Of a DNA stretch of 64,000 nucleotides, positions 1 through 16,049 are shown one piece after another. The stretch comes from Lama glama (Eukaryota). Each line of letters begins with the position of its first letter. Positions within the stretch are counted from its first letter, which is position 1. A model generated the notes under the pieces. It saw only the letters and a list, made by a program, of their open reading frames with translations. It made no database searches and was not told the origin of the DNA. The translations under genes and the position numbers were made by a program. The DNA lies in NCBI GenBank assembly GCA_028534125.1, contig CM052816.1, positions 52,826,001 through 52,890,000 on the forward strand, written 5' to 3'.

Positions 1-2502
<2,502 letters not shown>

Positions 2503-3239
2503 TTAATTACATATTATAACAATAAGTAAATATCCTATTTTTACAAGGTAAAGGATTAACATGACATTAAAATATACAGATAAATTGGGCCATCCATATC
2601 AAAAATATGGAACTATACAAAATAAAGTTTAAAAATTGAAGTTAGGATACCAAATACAATAACACACCCCAGGGTGGAATGAATCAATATCCTGAAAAGT
2701 TAATAAAAAGGGCTGAAGTTCATAATCTTTCCCTATCAGGCTTGCCCCCCAGACCCCCATGGCTCACCCAGTCACTCAGGGCCACTGTCTAGTCACTAGG
2801 ACCTTCCTAATGGCTCTTGTACCTGTGCCATCTCTGTAACTACTATCACCATCCTGACCTACCTTTTTATCACATCACCCTAGATTATTTCATTAGCTTC
2901 TTAACAGGTTAGCTGGTATCATGTTTACCTCCTATTCTCTCCACCCTCAATCCATCCTGCTTATCTTTCCAGATCAGCTTTACTAAAAAATTTTATCATG
3001 CCACCTCCTGCTCAAGAATGTCAGGAAATTCCTCATATCTGTAGAAAAATAAGTTCAAAATACGTAACTCTCTGATAACAAGCTGACCTTATTTCCAAGT
3101 ACCACTTCTACTCTACCCTTACATGGTACATTTCTAATTTAACTACATAATTCACTGTCTAGTCAACATATCATGGGAACTCTGTGCCAGGGCCATGAAG
3201 GAAAAATAATGAATACAGAGATTTCACAAAAAACATCAG

Positions 3240-3395
3240 CCTGCTGTGTCTGTAGTTTCCTCATCTGTAAACCAGGGATCATAATAGAACCTACCTCATG
3301 GGGTTGCTGTGAGGATTAAATTAGTTAACACACATGAAGTGCTTAGAAAAGGTGCCTGGCATGTGGTCAGCTCACCATAAACATTATCTGTAATC
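3240..3395 (+). mobile_element. MIR SINE fragment
   Basis: MIR core agtttcctcatctgtaa...acctacctcatggggttgctgtgaggattaaattagttaa...gtgcctggca. Confidence 0.85.
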
Positions 3396-3919
3396 AGGCC
3401 TTCTGTATGATCATTGAACTAGAGATCAAAGGAGCCTGTGCATGGTCATTTTCAACTACTAGAGGGGTTTGGAAAGGTGGTCTCCTTGGACTGCTCTCAT
3501 ATCCCCTCAAGCAATGGCTGGCTTTGGCTGTCCCTTTCAATTGCCATTGGGCCTCTGTCTCAAACTCCAAGCATTCTTCTCCAGAATTTCCTTACACTTC
3601 CTCCTCCCCTGCACTCATGCTGTTCCTCCATTTACAGTTCTTATCCCCCACCTTAATCTACTCTTTCTTTATTTTTAAATTCTATCTACTCTTCAAGGCT
3701 TGTTTAAAAACCTCCACTGTTACCATTCCTGACCGATTCAGCAGTCATATTTGCCATGAAGTTTAAGATTGAGGTAAGTACAACACTGGCTTATATACTT
3801 TTCTACAATATTAAAAATAAAAACAAAAACTCTCTGCTAAGAAACCACTAAGCGTAAGTATTAAATTAAGGTACTTTAAAAAAAAATACATAGTTAGAAG
3901 TTAGCTCCCTTACCAATAG

Positions 3920-3943
3920 TTTATTTATTTATTTATTTATTTA
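3920..3943. repeat. (TTTA)6 microsatellite
   Basis: Six perfect TTTA units read directly. Confidence 0.9.
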
Positions 3944-3964
3944 GTCATCAGTCGCTGATTATAT

Positions 3965-4137
3965 TAGTGGCTCTTAATTCTGGACATACATTTTAGAATC
4001 ACCTATAGGGAAATTTTTTTTAAATACTGATGCCACCCTCTACCCTTTTTCACAGACCCTGGTTTAACTGTACTAGGGTAGGAAGTTTTAAAAGTTTCCA
4101 GGTGACTCCAATATGCAACCAGACTTGGAAATCACTG
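3965..4137. mobile_element. MER5-family hAT-Charlie MITE
   Basis: Near-palindromic tagtggctct...tagaatcacct...aggtgactccaatatgcaaccagacttggaaatcactg. Confidence 0.75.
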
Positions 4138-4277
4138 GCCTAGACAATCCTAGCTATGAAACCTAACTAGTACATGCCTTTCTTGCTTACTCTGAACACT
4201 TCTTAGTTTAACAAGTTAGGCTGAGAGCCAAGACCATAAATCCTTGAAGGTACATGCTACTCCCCTTTCTTAAACTT

Positions 4278-4490
4278 CAGAGTTTCCCCAGCAGTCAGCT
4301 ATAGAGGGGTCATGGACGGCTGAGATCCTGATCTCCTCAGCTCTCTCCCACAGCCAGGTGGAGCCTGGGGCAGCCAGAAGCCCTGGGCCACTGGTCTTCT
4401 GTAGCAAGCAGCCTCATCCATTCACCCAGTGTGCTATAAACAATTTCATTTTCTATACAGGCAGTGAGTGAAAAGGGCTGGAAAGCAGTG
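4278..4490 (-). mobile_element. hAT-Charlie MITE (MER112-like)
   Basis: cagagtttccc...cccagtgtgctataaacaatttcattttctat...gtgaaaagggctggaaagcagtg resembles the recalled consensus; subfamily is uncertain. Confidence 0.6.
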
Positions 4491-4954
4491 GGAAGAACTA
4501 GTATCTCCATTTTCCTGGTAACTCTGCTCTCATTTATTTGCTTTGGTGTTCAACTACTAAACTTACTTAGCAATTAATACGCTATCTTGGTTCTCAACTG
4601 AATCTTACTTTTAAATATTTTTTTCAGGCTCTTTTACATATCTACTTAAACATTCCTCAGATTTTTCAATTCCTTCTACCCCGCCTCCCTTCTGTTCCCT
4701 TAACAGAAGCAGGATGAAATTTAAAAATTAAGGCTATGACGTGCAATTGGGAAGTAAGCATTTTGAATGCCCATGATTGTAGTAGTCTTACAAAAACAAT
4801 TATAAATTTAATTTAGAGTTAATTATTGATTGTAAATTCAATGTACTCAATCAGAGAAGTTTTCATTACTAGCTAGAATGAGTTCATGAGTTCTTAGCAG
4901 AATACCCAAATGGTGGCCATGAAAAGATAGAAGTCTACTGAGATGGGTTCACTC

Positions 4955-5400
4955 AATCATTTACTTATTTACTAATTCATTTATTTCTTCATTTAGTAAA
5001 CTTTTATTGAGTTTAAATACTACAAATACAAAGACAGAATCTTCTGTTAAGAAAATCAAAATTTAACAGGGAGACAGAACTGAACATTTTAGTACAGTGT
5101 GACAAGTTCGACTACAGAAGAGAGGCAAGATCCAGTGAGAACATATAGAAGGGAGGACTTTACAGAGAAAAGATACTTGTTGGATTTTGAAGAGGAAATA
5201 AAAGTTTGCCAGATGGATGAGGAGTGGAGGTGGTGTGAGGATGAGACGGTCATTCCAGGAAAATGTCACAGGACATGCAAAACATAGATACGAATAAATC
5301 AGTCTCGCTCACTGAGAAACCCAAAGTATTTTGGGATGTCTGGATTACTGGAGAGGAGCAAAGGCACAGAAGAATAACAGAGCCAACATGAATCAGAGAA
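4955..5400 (-). mobile_element. L2 LINE fragment
   Basis: Degenerate (cattt/catt)n tail, then ttttattgag and purine-rich L2 antisense-type sequence. Confidence 0.6.
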
Positions 5401-5864
5401 TGACTACATTAGCATGTGTAAAGTCATAGTCCAAGTATTCAAATTACACTCAGTCTAAAGAAACCATTTCCTTTAACAGAAGGCCAACGGTCCCCACAGA
5501 GTTCAGAAGTGTGTTTCTTACTCAGGAACACAAGTGTTCTCATCGATGCAAAGATGTATACATCAGCTTTCCATGATTAATGGATATTGGCTACGAACAT
5601 CATCGTATTCATTCTCTGAGTCTCACAATGCAACCTTCTGATTATTACTTGGCTTCCCAAGTAGATTTATCTGTAAGAGTGAGGAGAGACACCACTTGAT
5701 GACCTGGGTAGCTCACTTTCTTCCTCCTTTCCGAGTTTGGCAAGGAGAAACTGCAGCAGGTCTGAGTTAGAATCAGGAAAGAATAGACTGATACCAGAGC
5801 TGAGTGCCAAAGCCTCCTCCTTCCTTTTGAGGACACCCTTTATCTCATCTCCTATTCCCATTTG

Positions 5865-6835
5865 CTTAGAGATATTTTTAATAAGGAATGAATGTTAAAT
5901 TTTATTATACAATTTTTATACAACCATGGAGATGACCATATCCATTATTCTGTTGATGTGGTGAATGACAATGATTGATTTCCAGATGTCAAGCCAACTC
6001 TGAACTCCTGAAATGACCTCAATATGGCTGTGATGTATTATATTTTTTATATTAAAAAGTTGGGCTTTGTTTAGGAATTTTGCTCCTGTGTTCATGAATA
6101 ATTGGGCTGTAATCTCCTTTCTTACAGTGGGATTGTTGGGTTTTTGTATCAAGATTGTGCTGCCTCAGAGAACAAACTGGGAAGTGTTCTCTCCTTCACT
6201 AGTCTCTGGAAGAGTTTGTGGAAGATTGTATTATTTCTCCCTTGTTTGATAGACTTTATTGGTGAAGTCATGTGGACCTGTAGTTTTCTCTTTAGTAAGA
6301 TTTTAATTAGCCATTTATTTAATAGTTATGACTACTTGGAATTTCTAATTCTTTTTGTGACAGTTTTGGTATGTTGTATTTTTCTAAGAATTGACATATT
6401 TAGCCTAAATTTTAAAAAGTCATTGGATTAATTTGTTTATACTATCTTTTCAGGATGTTTTAAGTTGTTTTAAGATCTAAAATTGTGTCCATTGTTTCAT
6501 TTCTGATATTGGTTATTTGTGTCTTCTCCTTTTTTTGTCTTTATAAAAATTGCCAGAGGTTATCATTTGGTGATCTTTTCAAATAACCATTGGCTTTATT
6601 GATGTTTCCTATCTGATACATGCTTTTTATTATTTCCTTTTCAACTTTGACTTTAATTAGCAAGTATTTTCCTACCTAATGAGATACAATCTTACCTCAT
6701 TATTTTCTACCTTTCTCCTTTTCTAATATTAACTTAATTCTAGGTATTTCTCTTTAAGCAAAGATTTTGATGCTATAGTAAAAGTTGGTATATAGTATTT
6801 TCATTATTATTATCATTCATCTCAAAATATTTCCT
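5865..6835 (-). mobile_element. Old L1 (L1M-type) ORF2 relic, segment 1
   Basis: Minus-strand translation gives L1 RT-like LFMNTGAKFLNK...IIHHSHIEVISGVQSWLDIWKSIIVIHHINR; heavily decayed. Confidence 0.85.
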
Positions 6836-9165
6836 TTCAATTTTATTGAAATATAACTAACATACAGCACTGTATAAGCTTAAGTGTGCATATGGTCTGA
6901 TTTATATACATCATGAAATGATTACCACAATAGGTTTAATGAACATCCATTATTTCATATAGATAAAAATAAAAGGAAAAGAAAAACCTTTTTCCTTGTG
7001 ATGAGAACCCTTAGGATTTACTCTTCTAACAACTATCATATATAACGTACAGCAGAACCGATTATATTTATCATGTTGTACACTACAACCTTAGCACTTA
7101 TGTATCTTATAGCTGGGAGTTTGTACCTTTTGGCTAACTTCATCCAATTCCTCCACTCTGCCTCTGGTAGCAACAAATCTGGCCTCTTTTTTTTTTTAAG
7201 AGTTTGTTTGTTTGTTGTTGAAGTGTAACTGACCTACAACACTACATTAGTTCCTGGTATATAATGTAGTGATTTAGTATTTCTATACATTTCGCTACAT
7301 TACATGTGATGACCTCCATAGTAACTCTGGTTACCATCTGTCACCATACAAAGATATTCTATCATTATTGACTATATTCTCCACACTGAACACTTCATAC
7401 CTGTGACTCATTTATTTTGCAGCTGAAAGCTTGAGTTTCTTAATCTCCCTTACCTATTTCTCTCTTCCCACCATCCCCCTCTCCTCTGGCAACCACTTCT
7501 TTGTTCTCTGTATCTATAACTCTGTTTTTGTTTTGTTTGGTCATTTGTTTAATTTTTGGATTCCACATATAAGTAAAATTATACAGTATCAGTCTTTTCT
7601 CTGTCCGACTTATTTCATTTAGCATAATACCCTCTAAGTCCATTCACAGTGTCACAAATGGCAATATTTCATTCTTTTTATGGCTGACTAGTATTCCATT
7701 ATATATATATACACCATATCTTCTTTATCCATTCATCTATTAATAGGCACTTAGGTTACTTCCTTATCCTGGCTATTGTAAACAATGCTGTAATGGACCT
7801 AGGGGTGCAGATATCTTTTCAAATTAGTGTTTCATTTTCTTCAGATAAATATACAGAAGTGAAATTGCTGGATCATGTAATAATTCTATTTTTAATTTTT
7901 TGAGGAACCTCCATACTGTTTTCTGTAGTGGCTGCACCAATTTACATCCCCGCCAACAGTGTACAAGTGTTCCCTTCCCTCCACATCCTTGCCAATGCTT
8001 GTCATTTGTTGGCTTTTTGATACTAGCTATTCTGACAGGTGTGAGGTGATATGTCATTGTGGTTTTGATTTGCATTTCCCTGATGATGAGTGATGTTGAG
8101 CATCTTTCGTGTGTCTGTTGGCCATCTGAATGTCTTCTTTGGAAAAAATGTCTATTCAGATATTCTGCCCACTTTTTAAGTAAGTTTTTCTGATGTTGAG
8201 TTGTGTGAGTTCTTTGTATATTTTGAACATTAACCCCTTATTGGATATAGCATTAGCAGATATCTTCTCCCATTTCATTTTGTTGATAGTTTTCCCTTGC
8301 TGTGTATTTTAGTTTGATGTAGTCTCATTTGTCTATTTTTGCTTTTGTTTCTTTTGCCTGAGGAGATATATCCAAAAAATACTACTAAGATTGATATCAA
8401 AGAGCATACTGCCTATGTTTTCTTCTAGAAGATTTGTGGTGTCACATAAGTTTTATGGTTCTTTAATCCATTTTGAGTTTATTTTTTTATATGGTGTGAG
8501 AAAGTAGTCCAATTTTTTTTTGCATTTTTGTCCAGTTTTCCCAACATCATTTATCGAAGAGGTTGTCTTTCCCAATTGTATATTTTTGCCTATTGTGTCA
8601 TAGATTAATTGACCATAAAAGTGTTGGTTCATTTCTGAGCTCTCAATTGTGTTCCATTGATCTGTGTGTCTGTTTTTATGCCAGGACCATACTATTTTGA
8701 TTACTGTAGCTTTGTAGTACAGCTTGAAATCAGTGCACATGATGCCTCCAGTTTTGTTATTATTTCTTAGGATTGCTTTGGCTATTTTTTTTTTTAGGGT
8801 CTTTTGTGCTTCCATACAAATTTCAGAATTATTTTTCCTAGTTCTGAAAAAATGCCATTGGTATTTTCATAGGGATTGCATTCAATCTGTAGATTGCCTT
8901 GGGTAGTATGGTCATTTTAACAATATTAATTCTTCCAGTCAAGAACACAGCATATCTTTCCATCTGTTTGTGTTGTTTTCAATTTCTTTCATCAGTGTCT
9001 TAGAGTTTTTGAGTACAGGTCTTTCACTTCCTTAGTTAGATTCATTTGTAGGTATTTTATTCTTTTGGATATGATTGTAAATGGGATTATTTCTTAATTT
9101 TCCTTTCTGATAGTTCATTGTTCATGTATAGAAAAGCAACAGATTTTTCTATATTAAATTTTTAT
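6836..9165 (-). mobile_element. Middle-aged 5'-truncated L1 (ORF2 3' part plus 3'UTR) nested in the older L1
   Basis: ORF2 peptides [45 protein letters not shown] (8453-8815) and [15 protein letters not shown]...[16 protein letters not shown] (7824-8075); 3' end near ttttattgaa at 6841. Confidence 0.92.
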
Positions 9166-9169
9166 CTTT

Positions 9170-11060
9170 AATAATATGTTGTGTCTGCTTGCTCTATCAG
9201 CTACTGAGAGGGATCTGTTAAAATTTCATATTATAATTATGAATTTATCTTTCTTCATAGTTCTATTAATAATTAATTTATATATTTCAAAGCTATGTTA
9301 TTTGGTATAAATAAATTTAGAATAAATATATTGTCCTGTAAATTTTAACTTTTAATCATAATGAAATGTCTCTTTTATCTGTAAGTAATTGTTTCTGCCT
9401 AACTATACTTTGATACCAATAAAGCTTTGCTTTGATATTAATGAAGCAATACCACCTCGCCTTTGACTAATGTTTGCATGTTATATCTTTTTGCAGTTTT
9501 ACTTTAAGGCTTTCTGTACCCTCATATTTTAGATGTATCTCTTAGAAGCAGCATAAAGATTTTTTTAAGTCAACTCTGACAATTTAAATGGAGCACATAG
9601 TCCATTTAAACTTAATATAATTACCAATACAACTACCATATATTTGGGGTTAAATCTTCCATTTTATTATGTGCTTTCTATTTGTACTACCTATTCTATG
9701 TTCCTTTTTCTCTCCTTTCTTGATTTATTTTAGATTGAATATTTATTATTATTCTGTTTTCCCCCTCTACTAGCTTGGTATTTATATTCTCCTACTCTTT
9801 TTTTTAATTGAAGTATAATCAGTTAAAATGTGTCAATTTCTGGTGTACAGCACAATGTCTCAGTCATGCATATATATACATATATTCATTTCCATATTTT
9901 TTCATTAAAGGTTATTACAAGATATTGAATATAGTTCCCTGTGCTATACAGCACAAATTTGGTTTTTATCTATAGTAGTTAACATTTGCAAATCTCAAAC
10001 TCCCAAATTTATCCCTTCCCACCCCTCTCCCCAATAACGATAAGATTGTTTACTATGTCTGCGAGTCTGTCTCTTTTAGTGATTATCCTAGTGATTACAG
10101 CATGCATCCTTGAGTAATTAATGTCTAACATAAATTGGTATTTTTATCTCTTCCAAGACAACACAAGGACCATAAATCATTTTAATTTCAACTTACATGC
10201 TATTGTAATTGTATATTTTAATTCTATGAATGTTTTAAAATCCCATAGCCATAATTTTATTATAGTTTCAAACTGTCACTATTCATTTAGATTCATCTAG
10301 ATATTGATTTTTTTTTTATTATTGTGCTTCATTCCCACCTCCATCCCCAACATTCCATCTGGAATCACCTTCCTTCTCCCTGAAAAATTTCTTTTAGTAT
10401 TTCCTTTAGTGTAAGTTTTCTGGTGGCAAATTCACCCTACTTTTTTCTTTAAAAGTCTTTTATATATTCATTCTTAAAGAATATTTTTTCAGGGTATGAA
10501 ATTTTAGATTGGCAGGTATTTTCTCTCAACACAAAAAATATCATTCCACTGTTTTCTATCGTCCATTGTTTCAGCTAAATCAGCTATTGGTGCAATGTTG
10601 CTTTTCTAAAGGTAATCTGGATTGTTTCCCACCAGCAACCTCAGCTGTCTTTAGGATATTGTTGTTCTCTTTAGTTTTCAGAATTTTTACCCATGTGTGC
10701 TTGGGAGTCTTATCCTCGTTGGAATCTGTGTGGCTTCTTCAATCTACACATTGATGTCTTTCATCATTTTTGAGAAATTCTCAGCCATACTCTGTTCAAA
10801 TATTACTTCTGTCCATGGTCTCTCTTCTATTCTTCTGAGATTCTAATTTTTCATGAATTAGAACTTTCATTGTGTCCTATCTGTGCTTCTTTGGATATTT
10901 CTTCCAATCTATCATTTAGTATGCTAATCCTGTTTTCAACTATGTCTAAACTGCTACTAAAATCATCAAATGTATTATTTTTGTTATTGTAGTTTTCACT
11001 TCTAGAATTTCCATTCTACTAATTGTTCCTAATTCCCTGGCAGAGTTCTCAGTCTTGCCT
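9170..11060 (-). mobile_element. Old L1 (L1M-type) relic, segment 2
   Basis: T-rich L1 antisense-type sequence (tctatcagctactgagag..., gatgtctttcatcatttttgagaaattctcagcca...). Confidence 0.75.
9802..10070 (-). mobile_element. Short, younger L1 3'-end insertion with 7-bp TSD
   Basis: L1 3'UTR (ttttaattgaagtata...tgtcaatttctggtgtacagc...gttccctgtgctatacag) flanked by ctctttt at 9795-9801 and 10071-10077. Confidence 0.82.
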
Positions 11061-12551
11061 TTTATTCCCATGTCTCCCTCTCCCCACAAACAACCTACAC
11101 ATTACATAAGCACGATCCCCCTCCAGAAGCCCTTCCCCATAACAGTCCAGCTATGCCCTAATAAGTATGACTCTTTGTGGGATAAGGGCTTAAATGATTT
11201 GTGTGCTCTGCTACTTCTCCATTTCTAAATTTTCCCCCTGATAAATCCTAGTTTATATTTGCATTGTGTGAACTGTAGTGTGTATATATGTTCATACCCC
11301 TTTGTATAACAAGGATGGAATATGATAACCCCTTGGTGTTTTGCTATGCTTGCTAGTAAAATTATTATATCCCAGCATTAAACTGACATTATATTTTCTA
11401 AAATTTTTGTGAGTTGTATTAGTATAAATAATTTCTCAAACTGATTTCCATTAAATGTGCTGAAAATAAAATCTAACTTCTGAAGTTCCAAAATGAAGAA
11501 TAATGTCCTGGAATATGACCATATCAAAAAAAAATATCTCTGTTTTCTGTTTAAGCAGTTTCACTTTAGCTGAAACAGAGACTAGCAACTAACTGAAAAT
11601 TAAATTGTTAACCATTAATGGAAAGAGCCTTGGGGTTTTATAATGTTTCTCATTTTATAAGTGAGGAAACCAAAGAAAGGGAATACACATATATATCCAA
11701 ACTGAGATTTTTAAAGAGGAAAAAGGCCACCTATCAAAGAGGTGCTACCAAAATAATAATTTCCTTTATTTCACTATCATCTTTGTTTTGAATTGGTACT
11801 TTCATTTTTCATTTAAAGGGGAAAAAAAACTACACTTTTGAAGAAGTGAAACAGGTCCTCAAACTATTTTTATCTGAAGGCTAAGATTTATAACTATTAA
11901 ATTTTGTTTCTCTTAGGCTAAAGATTTTTGTTTTAGGAACTGGTAGTCCCTTTTTCTGACAAGCAGTTAAAGTGACACTTAAGTTCCTTATAGGAATATA
12001 ATTATGAATAATATCTTAGATTTTTATGATGTCTCACTCTACTCTCAAGCAGTCACAGTGCACTAACAGGAAGTGTATCAAACAAATGAAGGCAATGGGT
12101 AGAATTTTTTTCCTACTAAATCTGAATACATTAAGTATCAATTGTTATAACACAGCTGTGAAGTCACATATGATTTTGCTTATGTTGCAAACTTTGAAAA
12201 CATGTTTTTGAAGCATAAAGTGGTAAGCAAGTTTGTGACCTTATAATACAATTTGTTAGTATTTTATGTGGTCCTTAAAAAAAGAACCAAGAGGTCTTTA
12301 AAACAGAATCACTAATTATACAATATTTCACCAAGAATTAATTGAATATCTATGTCCTTAGCAGAAAATTAATGGTATGCATTGCTAAACAAAAGTAATA
12401 TAAAATAGCTCAGGTTAAAAGGAGCTTATAAGCCTTTAGAGAGTTAAGAAACAAACCCTGAAATCATGAATTTAAAAATTATACAGATTATAATACCCTA
12501 ATATAAAGTTCTCATTTTGTAGGTATAATAGAGACACTTAAGTTCATTGTT

Positions 12552-12710
12552 TGGGGTTTTTTTTTGTTTTTTTGTTTTTTTTACTTTTTAAGGGGGAAAG
12601 TAGTTAGGTTTATTTATTTTATTTATTTTCAGAGGAGGTACTGGGGATTGAACCCAGGACCTTGCGTATGCTAAGCATGCACTATACCACTTGAGCTATA
12701 CCCTCCCCCC
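12552..12710 (-). mobile_element. tRNA-Ala-derived camelid SINE (Vic-1-like)
   Basis: Minus strand GGGGGGAGGGTATAGCTCAAGTGGTATAGTGCATGCTTAGCATACGCAAGGTCCTGGGTTCAATCCCCAGTACCTCC carries A and B boxes and an A-rich tail; 12-bp imperfect TSD at 12540-12551 and 12711-12722. Confidence 0.9.
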
Positions 12711-14418
12711 AAGTTTGTTGTTGATGAGAAGAATAAATCTTATTTTCACAGTGACCAGACATTTCATAAGCCTGAAGGTTAGGGCTCCATCCTATTTGAA
12801 ACACAGTTACCTTTTAGCTTTACCTTCCTCGCTTCCCCTTCATGAGCCCTGTACTCCAGCCAACACTGTCCTTACCCCTCATCCTTTTTTTCACTAGGAA
12901 TGAATGATCTCTGCACATCCTAAATTTACAGTCTTCAGAGACTAACTCATATATCACCTTCTCTATGTAGCTGTCAATGATTCTGTGAGCCAAAAGTAAT
13001 TTTCTTCCTCTGAAATTCTAGGATCTTCATGTAATCTTGTCCTATGGCATTTACCACCCTACATTAGTTATTTTGTTATATATCTCAGCTACTCTACAAG
13101 GCTGTAAACTACCTGTGAGCAGGGATCATACTTTCTAGTGATTCTTTTAGGGGCTCTCCTCTTGTGAAGTCTTTCCTAAACATTCACCTTTATTTTCAGA
13201 GGAACGGGTCTTTTACTTTTGCACTCATTTCATCAGCTTTGGTAATATTTAATTATGTCATATAATAAGTGCAACTAGGATAAAAAGGTTTGTGAATAAT
13301 TACAACTGACCCTTAGTAAAAATGCAATTCAAAATGATGGGTATCATTAGACAGCCAGCTATGAGAAGTGGTTAATTTGTCTTAGGCATCAGTCTGTTTT
13401 ACAGAGAAAACGAGGCACTTTGGATACTCCAGCCAATTAGGTTTAGTGGAAAGTAATTTTTAAAAGCTTACATTCCTCTCTCTGTCATTTCTAGTTTGCA
13501 TTCATTAGCATTTATACCCATGAAATTTCTATTTCAGACGAATTTCAAAATTATAAAACTTCAACCATCATTGACTTTCAGCTGATTTCACACTGAAGTT
13601 CAAAGTCAGGATTCACTCATCCAACAAGTATTTATTGAGTTCCAATTATGTACTAGTCACTATGTTAGACATGATTTTCTACAGCAAGACAGCTATTTGG
13701 TGCAAATTTTCTAAAAGATCTTTATAGTTCATTTTAGATTAACCAATTTGGTCTGAGATACAGATTTATGGTAGAACTATAAATTAATTTTTCTTAATTT
13801 TGTTCTTCTGAAATCTAAGATGTATTTGGATGCTGCTACTGGGGGCAACTCAACAGTAAAGCATATTAGGTGCTTGCCTCAGCCCTCACCTGTGTAAGAG
13901 CATCACCAGACACAATCAACATTCTCCCAGCCTAGCTTGCAAACACTCAGTGTGTGAACATTTTCCTGCTTTATCTATGCAAGGGTATATGAATAAACTT
14001 TACTATATAAAGAATCACATCTTTTTAGCTTTTTAAATGAGTTTTTATCTGTAAAGTATCTTAAAATACATGATAGCAATTTATTTAAAATTATTAGCTG
14101 GGGCACTAATTTCTCATTCCAGGTGTTTCTTTCCATATGGAAGGACATCTATTAGTGTAACACTCCTTTCTGGCTAGCTTCCCTCTATTGCTCTTCCCTG
14201 TTCTACTATTTTCCCTCTATTGCTAAGTATACAAGGTAGGTTCTCACGTAGTTAGTTCTTCAGAGATCATGACTGGGTATATAAATCTGTCTATTTCTGA
14301 GATTTGGTATTAGAAAGCACATCGCTGTCCTCTAACTAAGCCACATTCTCTGATATTAGCTTTATCTTGATCTCTATCTGCCATTCCTTTGATTATCTAT
14401 CAAATGTTTTGGAATTTA

Positions 14419-15442
14419 CCTAAACAAGCAATTCTCCAAGGAAGACATACAAATGATCAAAAAGCACATGAAAAAATGCTCAATATCACTAATTATCAGA
14501 GAAATGCAAATCAAAACTACAATGAGGTATCACCTCACACCAGTCACAATGGCCGTCATTCAAAAATCCAAAAATGACAAATGCTGGAGAGGCTGTGGAG
14601 AAAGGGGAACCCTCCTACACTGCTGGTGGGAATGCAGTTTGGTGCAGCCACTATGGAAAACAGTGTGGAGATTCCTCAAAAGACTAGGAATAGACTTACC
14701 ATATGACCCAGGAATCCCACTCCTGGGCTTGTATCCAGAAGGAAATNNNNNNNNNNNNNNNNNNNNNNNNNNNNNNNNNNNNNNNNNNNNNNNNNNNNNN
14801 NNNNNNNNNNNNNNNNNNNNNNNNNNNNNNNNNNNNNNNNNNNNNNNNNNNNNNNNNNNNNNNNNNNNNNNNNNNNNNNNNNNNNNNNNNNNNNNNNNNN
14901 NNNNNNNNNNNNNNNNNNNNNNNNNNNNNNNNNNNNNNNNNNNNNNNNNNNNNNNNNNNNNNNNNNNNNNNNNNNNNNNNNNNNNNNNNNNNNNNNNNNN
15001 NNNNNNNNNNNNNNNNNNNNNNNNNNNNNNNNNNNNNNNNNNNNNNNNNNNNNNNNNNNNNNNNNNNNNNNNNNNNNNNNNNNNNNNNNNNNNNNNNNNN
15101 NNNNNNNNNNNNNNNNNNNNNNNNNNNNNNNNNNNNNNNNNNNNNNNNNNNNNNNNNNNNNNNNNNNNNNNNNNNNNNNNNNNNNNNNNNNNNNNNNNNN
15201 NNNNNNNNNNNNNNNNNNNNNNNNNNNNNNNNNNNNNNNNNNNNNNTCAAAATTGTAGAATAGATAAACAAGATTACACTGTATAGCACAGGGAAATATA
15301 CACAAAATGTTATGATAAATCACAGAGAAAAAAATGTGACAGTGAGTGTGTATATGTCCATGAATGACTGAAAAATTGTGCTGAACACTGGAATTTGACA
15401 CAACATTGTAAAATGATTATAAATCAATAAAAAATGTTAAAA
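14419..15442 (+). mobile_element. Young 5'-truncated L1 spanning the assembly gap, with a perfect 17-bp TSD
   Basis: Uninterrupted ORF2 C-terminus with CCHC motif ([18 protein letters not shown]); 3'UTR and A-rich end after the gap; TSD aaatgttttggaattta at 14402-14418 and 15443-15459. Confidence 0.95.
14747..15246. other. Assembly gap (500 N)
   Basis: Run of N. Confidence 0.99.
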
Positions 15443-16049
15443 AAATGTTTTGGAATTTAGGCAAGGAAAACAGGGTGTTTTCTAGTAATTATACTTGCCA
15501 AAGCCCAATATAAATAAATGACCACAGGTACAGCAGTTGGTAAAACCTAAAGGACATCGCTTGACAGCAAGAACAGATAAGACAGCTCACCTACATGCTT
15601 GTGAGTATTGACCATAAACTGGTATGTGGATCAGTCAGACAGAGAGAAATTAGCCAGTCAGAACTCAGCAGTGCCCTGATCACGTATGGGTCTCCTTTAC
15701 AAGTGCACAGGCATGTGTCTCTTTATTTGCACAATCTTTAAGAACTCCAGAACTACAATAGTTAACATGATGTTTTACAAGCAACATAGACCAATTTTAA
15801 AAGTGCATTACCCATAGTCAGTGATAAATATTATATCCATGACAAAAGTGTCCATGAGCTAGAAAGAATAAGGATTGACAATCTGAGTTGGATTATGCAA
15901 AAAAGATAAAAGTTGGTATTCTTAAATGCCTCAGGTTACTTTAGTTTAGGGCCATGCTAGCTCTAAGGCTGATTTGCTGCCATCTACTAACAGGAAGATG
16001 GAAACCTGGATTCTAATGAGTGCTTTGACACTTACCCAGTGTCTGGTTT

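Noticed and set aside
5645..5861. Two short minus ORFs and a nearby GTAAGA (5521-5516) as a possible extra CMYA5 exon
   Set aside because: No recognisable protein and no convincing acceptor; exon 1 already joins exon 2 in frame
12635..12710. tRNA-Ala gene
   Set aside because: It is the tRNA-derived head of a SINE with an A-rich tail and TSDs
14453..15401. 186-277 aa ORFs
   Set aside because: Lengths are inflated by the N gap; only the L1 ORF2 fragment before the gap is real
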